Shown one piece after another: positions 15,001-27,000 of a stretch of DNA of 64,000 bases. The translations under genes and the position numbers were made by a program. Positions within the stretch are counted from its first letter, which is position 1; every line of letters starts with the position of its first letter. The notes below the pieces were generated by a model. The model was not told the origin of the DNA, searched no databases, and was given only the letters and a program-made list of their open reading frames with translations. The stretch comes from Verrucomicrobiaceae bacterium (GTDB taxonomy: Bacteria; Verrucomicrobiota; Verrucomicrobiia; Verrucomicrobiales; Akkermansiaceae), in assembly GCA_051252135.1 (NCBI GenBank), contig JBPOGH010000020.1, positions 15,499 through 79,498 of the forward strand, written 5' to 3'.

Positions 15001-18000
15001 GTCCAGGAAATTGTCACCACGCTGCCAAACATCCCGTTCCCGGAGACCTTCATTAATACCCAAACTGTCGTTGGAACTCTTCAACTTGATGAGTCGACCT
15101 TCATCAACTACGCGGATGCCCAACTGGCTCCAATCGTCTTTGTTGATCCCGCTGACGGTAAAGTGAAGGTCCGCACGATCTCGCTTCGTTCCGACGGTGA
15201 AATCAATACCGACTACGTCCGTGACTACGGAATCCCCGCCGTCAGCAATGGAAGCAATGTCTATATCGGTCCGGACGGTCTCGAAACATCCAGCCCGTTC
15301 ACTGATGGAGAACGTAACCCGCAGCTTTACGTAACGGCCTTTGACCGGATTGGATCGGGAGCAGTGCCTCTCTTTGTTGATCCGTTCGGAGTGAAGACCG
15401 GAATCGACCCGACCTTCATTGCCCTCGGGTCCAGCGGAGCTGACGTCAATGTCTACCGCAGTGGAAATGCGGCCACCCAGGGAAGCTTCGCCGACATTCT
15501 CCTTCAATGGAGTGCTGACGGAACCACCTGGAACAATGCGACTCCGGTCGGCCTGAGCAGAATCCTGCCAAATGGCTTTAAGACCACGGAAACCGCAACC
15601 GATCCCGATGGCTCGACCTATCAGCGCGAAGTCGCTGATGAAAACGATGTCTCGAACTCCAACATCGTCAGCTACTCACTGGGAGCCGGGAACAACGCGC
15701 GATTCCTCCGGGTGATCGGAATTAATGGAAACGATTTCGCGCTTGATGGTATCGGCATCCATACAGCATCTGCAGGCCCAGCTCACATCAAGCGTGAGGA
15801 TGCCTTCAAGCCGGTCATTTCCAATAACTCCACCGTCTCCAGCGGCGACCGCCCGGGTGCCTTCCGCGTAGCTGACAACCTCTTCAGCAACATCGATAGC
15901 GGGATGAATATCATCTATGCGGCGGCGGCCAAGAACCTCCCTGCTGTCCTCGAAGTTTCCCGTTCCGAGATCGTGACCTTCACCCGCACTGTGGATGTGC
16001 GGGTCACTGACCCATCGACCACCGGCGCTGATTTGCTGATCATCGATGGTCAAAACAATACCGAGAACCTCATTGGTGCACTGGACCGCGTCCAAATTGA
16101 CATTGAGCAGATTCAGGACGGTAAGATTTCCCTCCATGATGGAGCGGTCGGACTTGATCAACGTTTCTATCGTGGTGGAGAAACCGTCTATCGTCTCATC
16201 GATCCCGCCCAACAAGGGCTCGTTGGAGCAGCGGTAGTGGAAGCTCTTCGTGATCCTCTCAACAATTTCCGGACGGAGAAAGTCACCTTCGCAGGAGGGG
16301 AAGACGCTTACAACCTCTTCGACGGAGCGATCCTCGTTGATCCGTTCGGAGTCGAGCTGGCCCGCAAGCCGGGTGATGCCATCCTCCACTTTAAGGATAA
16401 CCCCGTTCTTCATAACACAGGTGAAATCCTCCGCTATCTTGGTGGCGAAGATGCCCTCGATGAAGACGGAAACGTTGTCGTCAACGGCGACGGCTCGATC
16501 TTCAAGCGTTTGCCGGGGCAGGCCGTGATCGCTGACCGCGGCACTCTCATCTACGCTCCTGATTTCATTGAGACGGCCTTTACCACTAATGGTCAGGCAA
16601 TCGATCTCGGTAATGAGATGCTTCTCAACTTCAAGCCCAACCAGGGTATTGACGGATGGGCGCTCGACTTCACCAATTCGCGTAATCTTCGCATAGACCT
16701 CTTCAAGTCTCCTGCGGTCCTTGGTGGTGGTGATCGCCTCGTCTCCGTGACGGTCAGCAGTTCCCGCGGAACCTTCCGCCTTGAACAGGGTGCGGCAACC
16801 AACGGCTACACCTTCGATCCGGTGACGGGACAACTGGTTGTGACCAATGTCGATTCCAGCATGATTTCTGATGATGGTTCCGTGAACGTTCGAGCTCATC
16901 TCGCGCTCCTCGCATTCCACCGGGAGGGAGATGCCGTCACCCACTACGGCAACGAAGAAGTTCAAAGCGGCGACCTCGTAGTCGATAAACAAGGCGGCAG
17001 CTTCATCATCCGCGAAACTGCTGACGGCGAGGCCATACGTTACTCCAGTGACAAAACTCTCGCTGATAGCAGAGAGGATCTCATCTTCTGGAACAACAGC
17101 AAAGGTGAGCGCATCCTGCACAAGCGCAGCGAACCGATCTTTATTGAGGTCGACGGTGAGTTTGTTGAAAAGACCATTACACAAACCGACCTTTCGGGTG
17201 GATTGCTTGAGCAACGCTACCGTGGTGATGAGCCGCTGATCTACTTCGGCGGTGAAAAGACCTACTACACCTCCGAAGAAGCGATCACCCAGCAGCGTGA
17301 CGCCATTCAGATCTCCGGACTCGGGATTCCGGGCAACATCTTCCTCGTTAACGGTCTCTTCCCGGATGAGAACAACAATCCGGTCATCGATACCACCGAT
17401 ACCTTCCAGATCGATCTCGGTAGCGGCGATGATACCTTCACTTTCAATTTCTCGCCAAATGCCGGTATCGAGTTGAATACCGGAGCGGGCAATGACTCGG
17501 TCGCCGTTCGCGCCATCGATGGCAACATCACCCTCAATCTGGGTGAAGGCGATGACTTGGTCGCCGTCGGAAGCAAGGCCGGCTACTGGGAGACTGCTGA
17601 CATCACCGGCCGTCAGCCCTTCAATGAACCGGCTGTCGAAGATGCCGAGTTCATTAACGTTCTTGGTAATCTGAACCAGATCAATGGCTCGGTATTCGTC
17701 AATGGCGGATCCGGAATCGACCGCGTCAGCATCGATGACACCGCCGATCTCACCGGAAACAATACTGCCAACGGTGACAATGGCATTCTCACCGACACCG
17801 GGCTCAGCGGTCTCGGGATGACCGGCAGCATCGTTTATAACAACGACGACACGACCGAGCTCCTCGAAATTGCACTGGGTAAGGGCGATGACGAGCTCAC
17901 GATCGCCAGCACCTCGGACTCCGTGTTTACCAGCGTTGAGGGCCGCGATGGTGATGATACCTTCAATATCGAGACTACCAGCGCTGCCACCAATGTTTAC

Positions 18001-21000
18001 GGGGATGCCATTGGACCGAACATCCAGGTCAACTTCCGCACGTTTGCCGTAACCAGCGGCAATGACCTCTTCCGGGTTGGTAGCCTTGCCTCAAGTGCCA
18101 CTCCACTCAACTCCACCCTTGCGACAATTCAAGGCCGCTTGCGCCTCTTTGGCGGTGGGGTCGATGCATCAATTCCAGCAGGTCCGGGTAACCCAGGAAA
18201 CGAAGTGATTTTCTACAATGGCGGTGGTGGCGGTGGTGCCGGAGCCCTGCAAAGCACCGAGCTCCTTGGCTTCGGGATGGGAGCTGGCATTGCCTACGCT
18301 GGAATCAATACCCTCACTCTGCGCCTCGCCGATGCCCCGGATGAGCTCTTTATCGGTGGAACCCACACCGGATCAACAAACATCCTTGGAGGTAATGAGG
18401 GAGATAACGATGGTGATGTGATCAATATCGGCGCCATCAGCGGTCCGACATCCATTAGCACACAGGAAGGAGATGATACCATCCGGGTGAACTACGACAT
18501 CGCCGGAGTGCAGACCTTCGAATCCGGTGTGCAGTCATCACTCTTCCTCGATGGTGGTGATAATTCCGACACCTACTTTGTCGGTGTCGCGGGTGAAGGC
18601 ACCGCAACGGTCGATATCTTCGACAGCGGCACAGGCTCCGATAACAATGATAGCGTCCGCATCTTTGGTAACAACGAGAGCAACCTCTTCCTCTTCCGAG
18701 CGAATCAGGCCAGTGGCCTCGGAGTCGTGGCGACCTACGAGACGGATGATCTCCTCAATCCGGTCCTCGGTGGATTCCTTGAGCGGGTGAACTACGATGG
18801 CAACATCGAGAACATCGACGTATCCGGACGCGGTGGAGATGACACCTTCGTCTTCGATGATACCCTTTCAGGAATCACCGTTCGGGGTGATGAAGGCGAT
18901 GACACCTTCCAGCTTGGCCAGGTGTTCGAGTCCGCCCGTAACGGCCTGAACCCCACCAACGGTCTTGACCCCCTCGACTACTTCGAGACCACGCAAACAA
19001 CCCGCGGGTTCCTTTCAAATGGCGTGAGCCAGACCGCGACTCTCCTCGGAGGGGTGGGCAACGACTCATTCACGATCTACCGCAACAAGGCGGAAATCTT
19101 CGCCGTGGGTGAAGAAGGGGATGACAACTTCCTCGTCCGCTCCTTCGTCCGTGTCGATCCGAACGATCCCAAGGCCCCATTCACCAACATCAACGGTGGC
19201 CAGGGTGCCGACTTCATTGCCTTCACGGTGAATGCTCCCGTCCGCATCGAGGGCGGTGACGGATTCGATACCTTAACCGTAGTCGGCACCGAATTCGGCG
19301 ATGACTTCCTAGTGAATGAATACGGTGTCTTTGGTGGAGGACTCTTCATCACTTACGACGGTATCGAGAAGCTCGTTGTTGATGCCCTTGAGGGTAATGA
19401 TCGCTTCTTCATCGCCGGCACCAGTGAGGGTGTCGAAGTGGAGATCGTTGGGGGTCTTGGTTCGGATACCTTCAATCTTGGTGGCAGTAACGGTAAGCCT
19501 GTCACGGTTGTGTCCAATAGCCTCGACGGAAACTCGGGTCTGATTGATCACTCCATCCTGACCGCCGATGGTGAGTTCCGGAACATCTTCCTGCAGGATC
19601 TATCGGTGAAGGTCTCGGACAATGACGAGGCCGGCATTCTCATCATTCAGAATGATGGCCCTCTCCGCCTCCTTGAGGGCATCGATCCAAATGGCGGGGG
19701 GCTTCTCGATGACTACCTCATTGCGAGCTACACCGTTGTTCTGACCCGTTCCCCTGAGGAAACCGTCCAAGTGGCAGCAACTCCAGTGCTGGGCGGTGAG
19801 CGCGCCATTCGCGCAGGTGCCCAGCGCATCAGCCTTGGAACCACTGCTGACATCACACAGATGACAGCGGAAGGAACCTCCCTGACCTTTACCCGCGACA
19901 ACTGGTTCAAACCTCAAACCGTCTACCTCTACGCACCGGAAGACACGGTGGCGGAAGGTCGTCAGAATATTCAGATTCAGCACAAGGTCACCCAAGGAAC
20001 ACAACCAGGCGATGGTGGAGCCTACGATGGCCTCGCATCACTCAGTGTCACGGTAGAGGTCTTCGATAACGATGTATCGGATCTGGTCATCGTGCCTCTT
20101 GATAACGGAGTCTCCGGAACCTTCACCCGGATTGAAGAGAATACGACTCTCCTCAATGCCACCGACCAATTTGCAGTCTTCCTCACACGGCCTCCGTCAG
20201 CCGACATCGTGATCGACTTCACCGATCCGAGCGGACAGCTCACCCTTGATAAGACTTCACTGACCTTTACGACCGCATCCGCAGGCACCGCCGGTCACTT
20301 TGGAACTCCTCAAATTATCACGATCACCGCTGTCGATGATAATGACAATGAGGCCCGTCACTTCTCCCGTGTTGCTGCCACCCTCGCCGATGCCGCCGAT
20401 CGAGCTGCATTCGTGAACACCAGCATTAACGACATCGCCTTGGATCTGCGTAATGAAATCACTGGAGCGGGCATTGGTTACGATGCAACCGTCTCAGGCA
20501 ATGTTGTCACCGTTACCGGTCCGGCCTTCACTCCTACTGGAACCGATAACATTACCATTGCCCAGACCAGTGATGGCAGCATGGCCTCACGCTTCGAATT
20601 CACGCTGAAGGATGGCTACGCCGTGAACGATATCTTCACCCTGACCATCGGAGCAAACACCTACACCCACACGGTTGGCACCGGAACTGATTCAACGATC
20701 GAGACCGAGGCAGAAATTATCAACGCCCTGGTTGCCGATGTGAATGCCCAAAGCATGACCTCGGGCGTGGAGGCAACAGTCTTCGGATTAAAGGTCCGTC
20801 TCGAAGCCTCCTCATCCTTCACCTTCACCCTGACCCGTTCGGATGGTGGCATGGTTGTAGAAAACGAAGCTGCAGATATTGCTGCCTTCCAGACCTACAC
20901 GCTCACTGTTGGTGGAGCGGTCGCGCTCGATGATCTCTACGAAGTGACTCTCACTCCGGCTTCCGGGGAATCCGCTGTAAGCTACAGTCATACCGTTGGC

Positions 21001-24000
21001 GCGAATGGTGAGCCCAGTGCCTTTGATCGTCTTGATGTCGAGATCATTGATAACGATAGTCCGCAGGTCATCGTTACCGGTGGAGATACCGTGGGAGTTT
21101 CCGAGCCAAGCCAGGAGTTCTATCTCGGATCCGGATTTGCCGGAGAGATTGTGGATATCCCGTTCTTTGAAACGAAGGATCCTCATAACAGCACGGGGAC
21201 CGCTCAATCACTTGACGGAAACTTCTACAACCTCGCAACGATCCCTGGCGGCACATCGACACTGCCACGAGTCCGCATTCTGGGTTCAGGTGATAATCTC
21301 GCAGACATCTACCAGCTGACAGTGACAGCAGAGATGCTGAATCAGGATGCGTATGTAGCCATTACCCAGGCTGACGGCAGTGCGATTTCCAACATCAAGG
21401 TTGAGCTCCTTCAATCCGGTCAGCCCAATGTTACGTTGGTCGATTCAAGCAGTGGAACTGCTACGATTGCTGATAACGATCAGCTTTATCGCTTCACTGC
21501 GGGGGGCCTTTACTACTTCAAGGTCACAAATGCCGATAGCACCGTGGTCAACTTCGGCACCGACTATGCCTTGAATATCTTCCTGCCCGGGATCACTCCA
21601 GCGGTGGCCTTCACCGGTGACTTCGGTGTCTCCGACCTTCCGGAAACCACAGGGGACCACAATGATATCGCGACCGCGCAGAATCTCGATCTTGGCAAAT
21701 GGAGCACCGGTTTGGATCCAAATATCGAAAGCTCGGAGTCCATTCCACACATCACGGTGCTGGGAACAGGTGATCAATTGAACGATTACTACAGCTTCGA
21801 AATCACGGAAACCATGCTCACCGATGCCGGTGGTAATCTGCGGGTGATTCTTGATCTCGATAATTCCTTCGACTTTGGCGACCAGATTTTCTGGGCCGGC
21901 CGTCTGGTACTCTTCAATGAAGCAGGAGATGTGATCCGCGCCGGAATTGGCTCATCCAGTCCGCTACTTGGTGCAGGACCAAGCGACGACACCTTCAACA
22001 ACGATTACATTTCCCACACCTTCACGACGGGGCAGGAAGGCACCTACGTAATCGAGGTTTCCGATGCTGAGCGCAATCAGGGTCTGCCACAGGACGTGAC
22101 CTACGAACTCAACGTCAGTGTTCAGGAACACCAGACTGACAACTTCATCTTCGTTCCCGAACCTGTTCAGGAGGTTGAGAGTCAGAATAATGGAGTCGCA
22201 GCCGGAGCGCTCATCGATGGAGCTGGAAACCTTCAGAACATCAGTCTGCAAAATGTAGACCGCCTCAACTTCAGCATTGATGGCAGCGGCGCAGTTGTCC
22301 TTAACACCACCGGTCCAAATATTGGTGAGACTGAAATCAATCCTGGCAACTTCTTCACCCTTCCAAGTGGCACCGTGGGTAACATCGTCTATGGAGGGGG
22401 AATTGACTCCAATACGCCGTATGTCCGCATCACCGGCAGCGGGGATTCAAACAGCTCATACGATGTCTACGCCTTCGAAATCACCGCTGATCAGCTCAAT
22501 CCTCCTACGACAATATTGACGGTTGGTTCGGAAGCCGGCACCGAGAGAGATAATAGCACCTTCTTCAGCAGTATCTCTCTCGGCCTGACTGGCAGCCCTA
22601 AAACCGGTGACGTCTGGAGCCTCGGGCTGCGCAATCGCACATACGAGGTCACGGTGGGTGACACCCTTACGGTTTCCTTCTTACCGGATGGCACTACTCC
22701 CGTCACCGCGGTTGTTGATACACTTGAAGAGATTGCCCAAGCCTTTGAGGTGATGCTTCCTACCCGCTACACGCACAGCGTTACCAATGTCCTGGGTGTC
22801 ACCCTTCTGAATATCTCCGCTGACAACGGATTTAATCTCAGTGGAGCGACGGCCGAGGATAATGGCTTCCGTCAGTCCACAACCGGAGCGGGAATCTTCA
22901 CAGCCTCGGTTAACCTCAATAATGATACTCCCGCGTTGGCCAACCTGAACTACGCCGAGCTGACACTGAGCGGCGATATCGTCCCCGGTGAGATCATCAA
23001 GATCAACGATACCATGCCCGGCGTCACGGTGGCAGTCGGTGATAGCGCTTCAACTGTCGCTGGTAGAATAGCTGCTCAATTCACCTATGCCTCTCATCCT
23101 GCGGGTCAGAACAAGGTCATTTTCAATCGTGCCACTCCATTCACGCTGAAATACTCCACGAGCGGTCCGGCAACTGGACTGATTGCCACTGCCCGAGTGC
23201 AGGCCGCACCTTCGGAGAACGACGGTATCACTTACTCCCAGCTGGATGTCACCCTGTTCGGTGCCGTGCGCGTAGGGGAAAAATGGGAACTCAAGTTGGG
23301 AGCCACCACGAAGAACGTGATCGCCGCAAATGGCGAGGATCTCGAAGACATTGCTGATCGCCTGGCCGATGAATTTGGAGCCGGCGTCACCGCAAGTGCA
23401 GGCGTCATTTCCACGACCAATAGCACTTACGGAGGAATCACCGTAACACCCTCCGGCAATATTGGTGTCACCAACCCGGCCGGAGTCAGCGCATACAGCA
23501 TCAACCTGACCCAAACACCGGTAGCAGGTCAGACCTGGATACTACGTTCCCTTGATGGAACGACGGAAATCGCCCGCGCCGAGATTCCGGTAGCAGCAAC
23601 ACCACAAGCCGTTTCAGCCATTGCAACGAGTCTTGCCAATGCCGTCAATGGCACCGGAACACTACTTGCCGAAGCTTTGGGAACCAATGTAACGATCATT
23701 GATACGGCGGGCACCCTCGATGGGCTCAGCTTGGTCATCGCTCAAGCGAACATCACTGTCAGCAGCCAACTTCGCAGTGAGGTCTATGATCTGTCTGCCC
23801 TGACTGTGACAGCCAGTGATACCTGGACCTTGAAGGCCGGAATGGGAGCACCCAATCAGATTGCTGAATCGGTGGTGGGAGCGGACCTTGAAGCGACCAT
23901 CGATCTCCTGGTGACTGATAATGCCGGTAATACCAATTTCTCACTCACCAAGGAATCCGCCACCGAGATTCGGGTGACACGCCTCTCCGGAACAGCAGAT

Positions 24001-27000
24001 ATTGCCCTCGCACTCGATATCACCACTCCGCCCATGGGAATGGGTGGCATGGCAAGCACAGTCACCGAGTTGGAGTCCGGAGCCAATATCAGCTCCACGG
24101 TTTACACTCTTCGCACGGTCAGCTTCCCGGCCGCTGCTCCTCCGGCAGAAGCTTGGACACTTGAATTGAAAGATGGCGCGGCAACGACCTTTACCGGAGC
24201 GGCAACCTCAAGTGATGCGGCGCTTCAGGATCGGGTCGATGACTTCACCGTTGGCCTGCCGACCGGATTCAGTGCAAGTCGTATTGGATCGGGAACCGGC
24301 AGTGAACTTCTCCTCCAGCGCACCGGCTCCGGGGTATTTGATGCGCACGTTGCGCGGGGAACGGGGAACACAGTGCAAACTGGGACTGTTGCAAAACTCG
24401 ATCTCACCGGCACTCCCAATACCGCCGTCAACTGGACGGTCAATGTGGCCTCCCAGGTCATTCACTATGTGCCAGCGAGCAATGGCCAGTCACTTCCAGC
24501 TACTGCGATCGGAGTAGCGGGTGCCATCAACGCAAATACCACCGCGGCAGCCTCGGTCACGGCGGTAGATTCCGGGTCATCCGTTTACACCGTTCTTCGT
24601 GCCGGAGGATCGGCGATCACCCCAACTACCTCGGTCACTTTTGTAACACCGACTGACTTCGGAGCAACCTATCGTGGCAACCTTAATCTGGATTACACCC
24701 AGACCATCACCTTCAGCCCGGTAGATGCTACCGCTACTGATGTATTTGTGAATGATCGTTGGGCCTTTGATTACACAGATGCTGCAGGCACAGAGCGCAG
24801 TGTCGGGTTCCGTGGCCAGGAATCCATTATCGATAACAACGGAGCACCAACAGCTGTGGCAGCTGCGACTACTCTGGACACCATGGCTGATCGATTTGCC
24901 ACTGTTCTTGCCGGGCGCCCGAGTATTTCCCAGGCAACCGCAAGTGGTGGAGTGATCACCGTGAAGCAAACCAATGGGTCGGCAGTCGAGTTCGAAAGCA
25001 TCTCCCACACCCGTCAGCGGGTAACGCATGGAGGCGATCGTGCGCAGAATCAATCCGGCCTCGCCGGTCCCTTCTACAACACGATGGTTGTGACTCTGGA
25101 TGGCAACTGGAACAGCGGTCAGGTTTGGACCGTCGAACTGGATGGCCAGACCTATGAATTCACCACTCCCAACGAGAGTGATCCGAACAAACAGAATCTC
25201 AGCCGGGTCGCCAAGGGCTTGCGTGATGTCATCAACGCCAACACCACGGACGGACTGAGAGCCCAAGTGAGCGGACGTGAAATCACGGTCAGTAAGACTG
25301 CAGCATCACCTGTCGAAAACCCCTTCCTCTTCGATATTTCCCGGGGATCAGGGTCAGTCAGGGTTCTTCTGGATGTGGATGACGCCAATATCCTTAGAAG
25401 CACCGAAAGCCTCTTCTTTGGTCTGGAGACTATTGACTTCACCGCAAATATTACCGCCCGACTTTATGACTCCAATGGAGTCTTGGTCACCCCGGACCTT
25501 GATCGTAATACCACTCATCCCGGTATTGTCGATTCCGGCAGCTTCCAGGCGAGTGATGTCTTCAACGAATACTTGATCGGCAGCTCCGGACGTTACTACG
25601 TAGTGATCGGGTCCCATACCGATTATGCCAGTAAGACCAACTTCTTTGAGTTTGAGAACTTCCGCACTGACTTCGATGGAGGCGTTCGCGAAGGACTGCG
25701 TTACACTGCCAACATTTCGGTTGAGAACCAGGCAAGCAATCCCAACCAGCTGATCCTCACCGGTGCCCGCCTCGAGATTTCGGCTGGAACGGGATCCGCA
25801 GCAACTCCTTTGGATGGAAACCAGTCGGGAATCATCCAGTCCTACGACTCCAGAACCAAGACCTTCGTTGTCACTCCAAACAATACCTGGACGAGTCTTC
25901 CGAATGGCAGCTCCTTCTTTGATATCTATGAGACTAACATTCCGGGGGATTATGAGGACTTTATCATCCGGGATGACTACACCTTGCGCTTGAGCGCTGT
26001 GCCCACCGGTCCCGTCATCATTGACATCCTTCCGGAACGCACCCGCACTTACAATTCCGACGAAGCCTTCAACCCTGTCGTTTATTACGGTGAGCAGACC
26101 GAAAAGCAGGTCCGCGTCGCAACCGATCGCCTCGCCGTCCGGGCGCTGGAAACCCCGAATGCCAACTGGGCGCTCACTCTGACCAGCCAAACCGGGGGAG
26201 GGGACGTGACCCTGACGGGCGCTCAACTGGCCTCCGTGCTTAACAGCAACACCACGATAACCACCGGAGGTTACACCGTTGTGAGAGAAGAGATTCGAGG
26301 TGAAAATCACATCGTGGTAACACACGCCGATGCCTTCTACTCGGAGCTGGAAACCGGAGATCCGGTCACCACCTACAACGGCACCAGCGCGGACATCGAA
26401 CTTCTTGGAGTTATTGCCACCGGACAGGTCTGGTCGCTGCAGCTTGGATCGAAGACTCTGGAGGTCACTATCACCGACCAGGTTGCCGATCGTTCGACTG
26501 TCGGAGAGTGGCAACAAACCGGGAACACCTACAGCGTCTCCCTCCTCTCGAACTCAGGACCACGTCTCACCCGCGTTGCCGAGCTGATGGAGCAACTGAT
26601 TTCAACCGATCCCGCCCTCGTAGACTACACTGTTCAGCGCTTCGGACGTATTCTGGCTCTGGAGAAGGTTGGCGGCATCGATGCGACGGTATCCCTAACC
26701 GGAAGCGGAGCTTCACGGGGAGCCTTCCTGATCAACCCAACCCGCGGTCAGACCATCCATCAGGTTGTCTTTGATCCTTCGGAGTTCGATACGGACGGCA
26801 CCGCCGGACTGAGCACCAGTGAAACCAAACTCTTCCTTGAGTTTGAGCAAACCGTCCACGTCGAAGCCCTCGATGATCGCTTCATCGATGGTGGGGATGC
26901 ACTGGTCTTTGCTCCGATCGAGGAGCGCATCAACACCGTCCGCGGGCCAATCACCATCAATGGTGGCTTTGGTGAAACCGATGAACGTTTCCTCAATAAT

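Noticed and set aside
15676..17214. Long minus-strand ORFs (512 aa here; also 25354-26517, 28264-29295, 61959-63335 and many shorter ones)
   Set aside because: They are antisense shadows of the giant genes caused by codon bias, with no recognisable motifs.
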